DNA of 64,000 nucleotides from Pavona decussata (Eukaryota): NCBI GenBank assembly GCA_977016875.1, contig CDRNST010000008.1, positions 3,224,001 to 3,288,000 of the forward strand, read 5' to 3'. Shown piece by piece: positions 52,527 to 63,896 of this stretch (position 1 is its first letter; each line of letters starts with the position of its first letter). The notes under the pieces were generated by a model. It saw only the letters and a program-made list of their open reading frames with translations, ran no database searches and was not told where the DNA came from. The position numbers and the translations under genes were made by a program.

Positions 52527-53604
52527 ATGGCAGAAATGATTTTAAATCTCTTGCTATTTCTCGTGATCTTGGGGCCTGGAGACGTAAACGGGCGGCCTTC
52601 ACCGAACAGAAGAAAGTACGGTAAGTTTCCTCGTGGTCAGTTACAGGAAACTTAAATTAAAATGATGTTCTCTCTGAAAAGGTTGAACCACCCGGTGAAT
52701 GTCATTTTAGACTGAAAATAAATTGAGATTAACACAAGGAAAATGTTAGGAATTTTCGTTAGTTATATCGAGCTGTAATATTTACCATGAGAAAAGTCAG
52801 TGTGAGACGCCCAAAAAGAATTGGTTAAGATCTCAACAAAACCATTTTAAGTATTGTGTTATGTCAGGCGGCATAACCTGTCATTGTTTTGGTTTCAAGT
52901 CACACCTAAGATTTCAGTCCATTTTAAAACACCAAACAAAACTGCTTATTTTACTTAAATTAATAAGCTTGACCGTTTGAGTTTCTGTTTAGAAGACTTG
53001 GGATTAATACCTTTTACATCTATTTCCATTATTAACCTTTTTTTTAAGAGTAAGATCGTTATAGATTCGAAAAGTGGTTGTTTACAAAACAAAAACACAT
53101 TTGTCCAAATGAAGATTAAAATATATTCTTAAAACATCTTAATTATAACGATATTGAACAAAAACGTTATGCCAGGTAGAATTATATTTAGGAAAACAAC
53201 ATGTTTTAAGTAGAAGGTATCTAAGAACAAGTAAATTTACATGGCTAAATGGCCATTCAAATACTAAAGAGGATTACGTCAGTCTACCACACCAAATCAG
53301 GAGATGAATGTTTTTAATCGTAAATGTAGAAACTTGACCACCAATCCCTGAATCAATTAGATTATGACCTTTTCGTCAACTTTGTTCTATTCTAGAAGTT
53401 AAAGCTCAAGGCTCATTCGGCCTCCTTACCGTGCCAATTCTGAAAGATGCCCATGGTGTACCGCATGAGACTACTGCACAGGAAGACCAAAAGTCTTACC
53501 TAACAGGTCCTGCCTACAGAATATTAAACAAAGACAACAGTTTTGACACAAAGGATCCGCTCATCTACTTTCCTTTAGTCGCAGTTGATCATCCAAGAGG
53601 GTAG
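52527..53604 (+). CDS. G8: small secreted protein (100 aa) consisting mostly of the novel SYLTG domain; exons 52527-52620 and 53396-53604; absent from ORF track
   Basis: MAEMILNLLLFLVILGPGDVNGRPSPNRRKY then GTAAGT (phase 1). Acceptor tttgttctattctAG, then EVKAQGSFGLLTVPILKDAHGVPHETTAQEDQKSYLTGPAYRILNKDNSFDTKDPLIYFPLVAVDHPRG-stop; total 303 nt. AATAAA at ~53761. Homology to G6 independently supports coding status. Confidence 0.87.
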
Positions 53605-55636
53605 CAAGTCTGACGCTGACCACCCATGTGATATCAGAGCGATGGAAATCTCTTTAGGAAATATTGAAATTTTTATATAACTTAAGTTAAAGGAAAGGTA
53701 GTTTTAAGGAAACAATTTAGGATCGCATTTGTTCCACATTGCAGTTAATTTGCCTAATGAAATAAAACGGGAGAGAGAAAGAGGAAGAGGCATAGAATAG
53801 ACTGTTGGGATCCTCCCAAAACTTTTCGCGGTAACTTTGACTGCACGTTTACAAAATTGTGATAACAACAAGCAGTCCGTGTACAGATAAATTTTACTTA
53901 ATAAGTTATACTTTTAAGTATAAAACTACAACAAATGCAAATCGATCACGGATTTATAAGAGCCCAGCACATCGACATACAGGTATCTTTTTTTAGGGGG
54001 ACTAGCGTTAATCTGCCCCGGCGAATGAACCTGGAGTACAGAGACGGTGGTGACGGGGTTCCGTGGCTCCTATTCATGAGAAATAGCCAGATAGAGCTTT
54101 ATTTCTTCCATGAGTACATTTTGGCTCCATGACTTTTCCTATATCTCATTTAGCATATGGCAATGGCTGTTAAAACGTGGGGTTGAATTAGGCCTGCAAG
54201 ACTCTCGTGCGTGTTACAAACCCGGTTTAAATTTTTAGCCTCTCATCTACATAGATTTCTCAGAGTCCTTCAGAGGTTGAACCCTCACCCACCCCCTTAC
54301 TAACATTCCGCGCGCTCCCCCAAGTGCTTTTTTTCCTCCCCGAGAAAAAGTTCCTGAATTCGACGTTTGGATAACTCTGTTATCTGGCATCTACTGAACT
54401 CATTCTCAGGCTACGAATTCGGCACTTCGGCTCTTCGGCAGTTCTGTTCACTCTACTGTCGACTTATAGTCTCTTTTAGACCTGAATATTCTGTAACCAG
54501 TCAAGTCCCTTTCTTTGTCAACATTGATTACCTGAAGTTGAAATTTTTGGGCGTGTACTGTCAACAGTCTGACCTTTATTTATCTATGGCCCTACCGTGG
54601 TTTTGATCCTTCAAGTCAGTTACCCGCATAGTGGCGGGTGATAAACAAAATCATTGTTACTCCAGACCTGAAAAACAACATTTTTTTTGTTAGTTGGATC
54701 CAATATTACGAATTCCTGTAGCCTTTTTCATGCCACTAGTAATTAATTCTACGATCGTTTTTTACACAGCGTTGGGTTGTTTTTCTTCTCTGACAACAAC
54801 TATGGCTAAATATTGTGAGGAGAATTCGGTGCCCAAAAACTAGGCCAGTTTATCCGTATAAAATAATTCAGTAATTTGGTAACTGGGGATAGAGGCTGGT
54901 TGCAGTCTCCCACAGCAGTCCCCTCCCCTCCTCCCCGTTCCCTACAATAGAAATCTCCACACGTACTACCTGCAAATCCTCCTGGGTAATGTGCATAACT
55001 CCTTAACACTTGGAACCAGAGTTTGCGTCACAACTTTTGTTGTTGTTGTTGTTACTTTTTGACATGGGCCTTAAACCATTTAGATGCAACTTTGGAACTT
55101 TCTTTTAAGATTCAAGTTGGTTGTCCTCTCGCGTTTTGTATATACGCATCTTCTAAGACTTTATCTTTTGTACAAAAATAAATTCCGTTGCCTTTTTCAA
55201 TTCTTAAACAAATATCTATCGAGATAAACCATCAGCCACAAACTTTTACTTTTAAGCCAAAAGTTCTTTTGTACTTAGCTGACTTAACTCTTCTTTGGTC
55301 TTGTTGCAAAGAAAGAAGAAAGCATGTGGACCTTTGAAACGTGATTGTAATTTATATTGTCTGACGATGTGGCTGACTTATTTATTGTTTTCTACAAGGT
55401 GCTTGCGTTTCCAATTGGTAAATTTCTAAACTTAGTATTTCTTTACCATTTGTTTTGGCAAGTGCTGCTGGTAGTTGATTCAACTGTTGCAGGTAAATAA
55501 ATACAACTACCGCTTGGGTAAGTGGGGATCGTTTTTTGTTATTTGACCTAATTACTAAAATTAGAAGCAGGGTGAGGGGGAAAGATGTTTCATATTGTTA
55601 GTTAAAGTGTCCTTCTTTCAGCTGGATTATTTTGAC

Positions 55637-57171
55637 ATGGTCTTTATGGTTGGTCTCTTAACCGCAGTTTTTCTGGATGCATTTTCCCGCCAAGTTACAG
55701 GTATGTTTCCATGTTTCAAACTCTAATTTTATTTTGTAGAGAATATAGTAAAAACATGCATATAACAAACCCTGATTTTCGGAAACAGTCTGAAATTGGT
55801 CTTATATAATGGATGGCTATTGACAAATCAGACTGAAAGGGTTCCTAATCTAATTTTGTATTTTCCCTGGTTACCACTGTTAAGCTCGTTTTCGTTTTCA
55901 AATACAAATTTACTGGAAAATTATCCCGGGCTTGAACGAGAGCAAAGAACGCAAAATAATGATACTTCTTTAATCGTACCGATAGGTACAAATTTTTGTA
56001 CTGTGGTTGTTTGTCAGGAAGCGTAAATTATTGCTAGCGTTTCCTTTCTTTTCTATGTTATTATGAAAACGATTTTTAATGTTTTTACTAAGTAAATAAA
56101 ATAAACATTTTAAGGAAGCGGAATTCTATCATGAGCAAATACTGAACTATGTGCTTCACCATGATTTGTATACAGGGAGCCCCATATTAGCAACCAAGTA
56201 CACAGTGAATCCTTATCAGAATGTATTCCATCGACGACAGGAAGTTGTAGCTGTTCCACTAGTAGCAACTTCTATATTAGAAGGGCCTTACCTTCCTCCT
56301 GCAAACGCGGAAAACGAATTATTCGTCGGACCTCATGGAGTATCAAGCCCTATTCATCACGGCTACCCATTGTTTCCGGGCAGTCATGTCTTTCATCCGT
56401 TTCCTCACTTTCCACATCCGGGATTCCACAACAATTACCTACATCCAGCATACCATCCCATGATACCCTGGGGTCTTCGACATGGTTATCATACTCACTG
56501 GCCGCACATGCAAGCATCTGGTCCAGTGTTCTTGGCAGATCCAAATGACGGCATGTACCAGGAGCCTGTGACAGGAACCCTTATACCCCGCCCTGTTATA
56601 CCTCCACAGTATCCGGGATTTATGAACCATGCTGTTAACACGTATGGATACCATCACCCAAGTTTTTTCCGTAAGGGCTACTTCAAACGCTGTTACCGCG
56701 GGAACGGCTTGTACAAATTAGTTTTACACATGAGACTTCACCGGGGTCAAACTTCTGCGCATGCGTCAGATTAGGACCATTTGATGAATCGGTTTTTTGG
56801 GTTTCACGCATTCAAACAGTAAACAAACACACGCAGGGCCAGTCTCCACATTTTTATAAATCGTTAAATGATTTGGTAAACATCAGTCTTGGACTCTCAA
56901 AATAACAACCTCATCTTAAACGGACTTCTTATTTATTTATTTACTTTTTTTTACGTTTGACCGAGGTTAAAAATGAGATCAGTGTAGAAACGCTTAAAAA
57001 ACGGTGGATATACAGTAACATAATCACAATACAGTATATCAAATGCAAATACATGTATCAAGGAAAACGAAATTTTGTTTCTTTAAACTGAATGCTGCTA
57101 TGAAAGACGCGCACCCAGTCTCAAGGAAAAACTAAAAATATATAGCCAACTTTAATAATAATAATAATAAT

Positions 57172-57204
<33 letters not shown>

Positions 57205-57556
57205 TTAATATTAGTTAATATTCTATTTACATTTCTTCTTACTTCAGAGAAAACTACCTAACCCAAGAAGCTAGAGCCCAAGTGCGTTTGGTTACGCAGC
57301 TTTAGTTTTACTGATTTTGGCTGACTCCAATTCCCGGCCAGTTTTGACCTGTTTTTGCTTACAAATGACGTCTATGTAGAAAGTTAATGACCTTTACGCT
57401 TGTTTTTCTACAGCTGTCGATACTACCACTGTAGAAGATCAGATTTTGGATAACGGAGCAAACCCTCATAGCTCTCCAAATGCGGATGTCGCCGAGAAGA
57501 TGGAGGAGATGAGAATGGAGGAGGAACTTGAAAGAATGAACTACTTAAGGCTATGA
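55637..57556 (+). CDS. G9: secreted His/Pro/aromatic-rich protein, ~233 aa; exons 55637-55700 (signal), 56176-56670, probable 57414-57556
   Basis: MVFMVGLLTAVFLDAFSRQVT-G then GTATGT (phase 1). Acceptor tatacAG before 56176 is in frame with the His/Pro ORF. Donor C|GTAAGG at 56670 (phase 1) fits acceptor tgtttttctacAG before 57414, giving an acidic tail PVDTTTVEDQ...MEEMRMEEELERMNYLRL-stop. The 3' splicing is less certain because of another good acceptor before 57248. Confidence 0.8.
57153..57203. repeat. (TAA)n microsatellite in G9 intron
   Basis: Direct reading. Confidence 0.95.
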
Positions 57557-58299
57557 GAGCTATGAAATCAAAAGCTGCGCTTAAAAAACCTCCAAAAATT
57601 AAAAGCTGAAGAATTTTAAGACTTCCTCGACGACTACTTCTTTTTGGATTAACCATAATATTACAAAAGAGTTTGTCTACGCAACAAGCAAGTTTTTCGT
57701 TAAGTACTGTCACACGGCCTAGCCATGTTATAAGTAGTTTTTGATAACACCTCAATCCAAGCCATTTTATATCTCTAGTCGATGCATTGCCAGAACTGAT
57801 TAAGAAATCGAATTACATTTCTCTCTCGAAGCGTGAGGATTCTCTTACCTTTATAAACATATGAAACGATAAACTGTGTAAAATATCAATATTTACACAC
57901 ATATATATCTCCTGAGATGCATGCTTCTACTGAGTCACTATAATTTTAAGCAATTTTGTTCATTGTGTATATTCGAAACTCATGGAGTGCCGTTTGTGGC
58001 TTCCCGCAAATAATCGTTTGTTTAATAAACGTAATTGCACTGTTTACCCATTAGCCCATGCGATGAGAGTTTTGTGGTAAAAGGGGGTGGGGAGGTTATT
58101 CATTTTCAGGACTCAAGCAGAAAAGAGAGCTTAATGGACAGGGAGGGTAGGGCTTATTTCAGATTAAACGATGAGTTTTGAACAAATCTTAATTTGGCTT
58201 TTCCGACATTTTACAATGCAACTAACATTTTCACTTTAGCACAACTCACTGAAATTTTATCCCTTGGTATTCTTGAGTTTTGAGTTTTCTTCTATATGG

Positions 58300-59830
58300 T
58301 CTAACATGGGCGGATGGCAGTTAATACAGGTTTCACAGCTAAATCGTGTGCTTTTTGGTGGGAGATATTACGGATGGGTGACAAGGATAATACTGAACTA
58401 ACGTATGGTAGTGGAAATAAACACTGGCTTAGGCGAAATAGCTTTGACGTCCTTCAAGGAAACCCCATGACTGTCAACAACCAGTAGAAGTAATGGAAAA
58501 GACTATTCCAATTATTCACGGAAGGAAGAGGAGTTCAAACCTTGCACAAAAGAAAGCTCCCCTACTGAACTACTGGGGACCTCAAATGCAGGATGTTTGT
58601 TACAAGTGTTCCACCAACTAGTCAATCTGGCGAACGCTAATGTCTTTTTTCTGAGAAACTATTTCACAAGGAATAGGCAGACAATAAGAACACTACATGA
58701 TTACAATAACTACAGGTATATATACTGAATGGTAAAAAGAAAATAAGAAATAATCATAACCAAAACTTAAAGTAAACTAAGTGTAAGTAAGTAGCCTGTT
58801 TGCGTACAAGGGGACTGGCTAATCACAAATTCTTACATGTTACTCAACACTTTCTTCCTTTCCTCGAGGTGCACATGAGGGTTATTGTTGTTTGCGAAAA
58901 TCATTCTTTCAAATTGGATGATATGCTTTAAAAGTGTTTTAAATGGCAAAAAGCATGCTCACCCAAAATAGAATATAAGGAAAAGGAAAAGATGATCAAT
59001 TCCCTTGAAATCACCCTTCTTTTAAAAAAAAGTCGACAATTATTTGGTTTTCCAAAGATACGTTAATATTTTTTCTTGATATGAAAAAGTCTGTCCAGAA
59101 TACTGAGCATATGCACACTCCAAGGAACTGCGCACCAGACACTTGCTTTCCACTGAAACCACAAAAAAAGCACAGCGACCGAGCCTGCAACTGTTTACGC
59201 CAGAATTTAATGTTCCGTTCGTGCAAAGACTTTTCTGGATTATAGAAAAAATCAACCAATCAATACGAGGCTCCGAGAAAAGGCATCTTACTGTGAATTC
59301 AAGAGACGACAGATAAAAATATTCTGGATCAGGTCATTGAATAGTGACTAGTGCTAACTTTGAACGAGCTGGAAACCACTGTACAAAAACGGAAAATCAG
59401 GACTGAACACTGTCCGCAAAAAACACATGGAAGATGTCACAGGTGCGATCAAACCGGACAAGAGATGTCCTGCAAAGAATAAGGAATGCAAAAATTTTCA
59501 TGGTAGTCTAGAAGTTAACCAGATGAACTTTGAGGTGCGTCTACAGATTGAGAGTGATTAAGCGTCCACCATTGCTGATGACAAACAGCCCATGGTCAGT
59601 CCTAAAAAATGTTGATGGTGTGCAAAATGAGGCAATGATAATTGATTCAGTGATTGGCAGTCAAATGTGCTAGTTGATGCAGAATAAAGTAAAAGGCGTA
59701 TCTATGCTTTTGTTGCAACTATCAGTACAGCAAATGTTCCTGTTGTGTTCACTGTAAATGAAGGCGAGGGCCAAGCATTCTTGTTGTGAGAGACAGCCAT
59801 ACAACTAAGTGAATAGACTTAAGGGATTAA
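58300..59830 (+). mobile_element. Highly decayed Gypsy-like gag-protease remnant, interrupted
   Basis: Broken frames resemble a gag N-terminus (FDVLQGNPMTV..WKRLFQLFTEGRG..QKKA), a knuckle remnant (CPAKNKECK) and protease (MIIDS). Confidence 0.5.
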
Positions 59831-59932
59831 TTAGAAAGTTGGTTACAACAAATGAGGACAATGGCCAAAGACTGATAAAGCTTCACGATGGGGAGGTGGG
59901 GGTTAATGTTACCAACTTCAGAACAAGTCATA

Positions 59933-60347
59933 CAGTAAAAACCCGCATATATGAACCTAGTGATAGAAGAACCTACAGGCTGAAATTTGGCATTTAAATA
60001 CCCAAAAATATAAGAACCTGTTCAGCCTGGCAAAGAAAAATAGGTTCTTATACAAAAACAATTTTAATTGTGTGATGAGAAACTTCTGGCAAAAAGTTAT
60101 TGTGTATATGTTTCTTTGATTTAAATTTGTTTGGATTTTCACTAGAAATATGTTTTCCATAAAGCTACAGTGTAATATAGACGATTTAAAATCTAAATCT
60201 GCCAATGGCTACACTACGACAACCTCTGAAAAATAAGAAACTGTTAAGAACCTAATCAGCCTGAATTGTGAAAAATTATCCTGAAATGTAAGAACCTGTT
60301 CAGCCTGACCTTAAAGATTGTAGGTTCTTATATGCGGGTTTTTACTG
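59933..60347. mobile_element. Tc1/mariner(pogo)-type MITE
   Basis: ta|cagtaaaaacccgcatatatgaaccta / taggttcttatatgcgggtttttactg|ta. Confidence 0.88.
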
Positions 60348-60351
60348 TATA

Positions 60352-60372
60352 ATTAACAATTATTCCACGAGC

Positions 60373-60430
<58 letters not shown>

Positions 60431-60646
60431 AATCATTCCATATCCAACAAGCGCAAGTGGAATAATTGTTTTATTAAAAACAATCAAGAAATATTGCTAG
60501 ATCTTACTGATTTCGCTGTGCAAGAATAACCAGCAGACAATTTACTGGCCGCCATTTCTCAGCCATGGTATAATGGCTCATATACCATGGCCGCTAAGCC
60601 AATCAAATCCCTCGAATTGCATTATACAATGATTCAGTTTTAATAA
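60352..60646. repeat. Interspersed repeat beginning with a ~115-bp imperfect palindrome
   Basis: aacaattattccacgagcgcgcgttggatatg..atagccaac pairs with gttggctat..catatccaacaagcgcaagtggaataattgtt. Confidence 0.75.
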
Positions 60647-61542
60647 GCTCATATATCTGATAATTAGCTCGGAGTGAACTTTCCGTTATTGGAAAACTAG
60701 TGCTACATGGGACTGATTCGGATTGTGATTCTTTCTAGTTTACGTGAAAGCGGGCCATCTGGGATTATATAGTTCACCAGTAGAATCTGATTGGTTGTAG
60801 GTGATCACGTGATGTTTTTTTCGTCCGCATAGAGGCACTATCGGGTCATAGGGTTCAACCAGTGAAAATACTTGGAAGGATAGTACTCGTTCGAAGATAA
60901 ACCTCTCATATATTTTATAATTCATTAACAAACAGGTTGCTTGCGTTGTTGTTTTTAATAGTACGTTTATTTGCCAATCTCGGTGACTAATAAAAACAAT
61001 AAAAAGTTCTGTTTTGGGGCTATCAGTCGGATGGTTGCCCCTTGGAATTTTTTTTATTAAACTTGTTGCATATAAGCCCTATAATTTGTTTTAAGAACAT
61101 CATATTTCCGTGAGCCAACTATCAGCCGATAATTTCGAGACAGAAATGATATGACATGTAAGTGAACAAAGAACAGCAAGAACACCAAAAAATGTGCCAG
61201 AACGTACAAGGGAATATGTACGGGGGAATTTACCGGGGCACAAAAGGGAAACACAGGGGATCTAAAGAAAGTGAGGACATACAGCCATTCGGATGAAACA
61301 TATTACGGGGCAAAAAGAACATTAAAAGGGCGCAAAAGGGATCATGCCAGGATACAAAAGACAACCAGCTTGCGTTGGTGGTTCTTTAGTAGTACTGCTT
61401 TGCAATTTCTAGATTTTTTGAGAAAGAACCACATTTTTAATTATGCTTTAACGTAACACTCAAGACGTTTGAAAGTTCTCCCAAAAATGTATTCTGCTCA
61501 TTGCTCATCGTAATTATTTGATTTTTTGTTTCACCTGAATTC

Positions 61543-61586
61543 ACAACAACAATAACGACAACAACAACAACGACAACAACAACAAC
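61543..61586. repeat. Imperfect (CAA)n microsatellite
   Basis: Direct reading; it explains the poly-Cys ORF 61531-61764. Confidence 0.9.
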
Positions 61587-62042
61587 ACTCCTGCTTTATT
61601 AGTCTGAAGAAAAATTGAGATTTAAAGAAGTGTCTAAAAGCCAACGTACATGAAGTTGAAATTGTTAAAATGCTGAGAATAAAGTAAAAGGACAGGTACT
61701 TCAGTGCTATTTTTCTAGCCGAGTTCCTTGGAACTTTGAGTGGCGTGCTATGCATTACCTTCACGAAAAAGAAGCGACGCCACCAAAAAGCTCTGACGTT
61801 TAAATTACGGAATGTTTAGTTTTATTTTTCACCTGTCAGGTTTATTGTTCATACTGGAGCAACCATGTTACTGTTTTGAATTGTAAAGTAAAACAATCTC
61901 ATGGCAAAATAAATTATCAGACACCGGTTTGTGGAAGTAAGAACGTTTTTTAAAATTTCAATCTGTATTTACATCTTGTTATTCAAGAATCCTGAAAATA
62001 CGTTTATTTTTAGGAGGCAGGCATATCTTGGAAAGGAAGAAA

Positions 62043-63896
62043 ATGAAGAAAAAGGTTCTTATGCCATTTTCCCTGTTCGTGATATTTTCATCGATCGTGA
62101 ACGTCCGAACAAAAGGAACAATAGGTACGTCTTCCCAATTTTTCACAGTTTGCCATTTTTTTGAATTATATTACATTTTTATCATCTTCCAACATAGGAT
62201 CTACTCGTTGTGGAGTTTCAACAAATTAACTACCTCTTATCTTTGTCATTTCCTCTCTTGAATTTGGCAAAACGCAAAAGCAAAACATTTTGGTTATATG
62301 TTAGTTTATTTCCTTCGGAGCTCCAGATAAGGGAAGGATATTTTAAAATAAAAGAGGCATGCAACGGAAATTCTATTTCCTCTTTAAGGATGATAAATAG
62401 TGAATGTTGTTGATTAGAAAGAATTCTTGAAAAACTGGTGACTAGCGCAAAAAAAATTTGGTTGGAAGTCACGAATTCTATGAGATTTGCTTTCATTTAT
62501 TTTTACTCGAGAATGCGCGCATGCGCAATGAACGAGTTATCGTGATGTGGGGTAAATGTCACTCAGTCGATCGGTCGGTCGATCTGTCACAAACTTTCAC
62601 ATACGGCGTATAATCGCAGCTCGCTTTAGGTTCCCTCCTCCTTCAATTATAAAAATTCACGTCTTTTGGAGTTCGAAATCAAAAGAAATAGTCTTTAGAA
62701 CACTTGTCTTCGTAAGTTTTTATTTTGGTGACTGAAAGCGCCGCGTTGAAAGCCGCTCAAGGCCGAGATTGTCGTCCAAGTCAACAGGGATTTCGCGCAA
62801 AATGGAGGGAGAAAGTACGATGGATAAACGTCTGAGGGTGTTCCCTGCTCATTCGCGTATTCCTTTTTGGCGTTCCGAAGTAATTTGACTGTTATAATCG
62901 TAGCGCCACGGGTGGCGGATAGTTCGATACCCTCAACAACTTCTCAACAATATCTCCTTCAGGAGTCATGGACATGTTGTGTAGTGGCGTGGTGCGCTTA
63001 CTTAGAAGCAAAGGGAAGCAAATTTTTTCCTTATTTTCTTTTTCTTTTTCGCCTATAAAAGCCGACCACTCCAAAGGCTCCAAACAATTTTCAAAATTAA
63101 GACTTTTTTAAAAAATACAAAACTATCCAAGGGGCTCAATCTTGCTGAGGGGAACGGCTAAAAATCTAAGCGGCGTAGGATGCGGAATGAAATACCCGTG
63201 AGGATCCTTATGAAGCCTTTATGGCTTATATTTCGAGTCCTGGGCCAACCAAACACAATGCGAACAATGTTTTATACCTCGCCACTATTTACTTCTGCAT
63301 TCACGAGTTGGCTTACAGGAGACTTTGATTTTTAACAGGAGGAGATGGTCATAAACCCAAGAGATGGATAAGACACATCTTTCACAAGCCAATCAAACAC
63401 CATCTCAACCTCAAACACAAGAAGCATGACGTGCTTACTCTGGCAGCCCCACCAACAGTCGGCTCCCTTCTTCCCTCAACAAGTACGATGACCCTGATGC
63501 CTAATGGGGTGCCGGCAGCTGCTGGAGAATACATTCATCACCTCATGCACCGTCATCCGCTTAACATTCCGGTGTATCACGGTGGATACCATCCAGTGCA
63601 TGTACCTGAGCATTTTGGACCCCTGGGACCTTTTGGGCACCATTGGTTCTACAGACGAGGTCCGTGGCACAGTTATGGATATGGTGTTCGCTATCCTTTC
63701 TCACATGGCTTCGCATCCGGTCCGTGGTATGGGCCGTTACCTGGACACGGTTTCGGCTATGGGTACCATCACCATTTTGGACATGCACCGTTGCGGGGCG
63801 GATTGCTGAGACATGTTTTAGCTAATTATGGCTATGACCTGGCACACGGGCATAGGCGTGGTTTAGGTTTTGGTTATGGTCACGGATATGGTGATG
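62043..63896 (+). CDS. G10 (3'-partial): secreted His/Gly/Tyr-rich protein; exons 62043-62124 (signal) and 63339-63896, continuing beyond the window
   Basis: MKKKVLMPFSLFVIFSSIVNVRTKGTI-G then GTACGT (phase 1). Acceptor gatttttaacAG before 63339 gives GGDGHKPKRWIRHIFHKPIKHHLNLKHKKHDVL, in frame with the 178-aa ORF. Strong donor G|GTGAGT after 63896. Confidence 0.84.

Noticed and set aside
56671-56774. ORF-track C-terminus of G9 (RKGYFKRCYRG...), and likewise of G10 (63897-63967)
   Set aside because: Composition changes abruptly right after consensus donors (GTAAGG, GTGAGT); these are read-through into introns.
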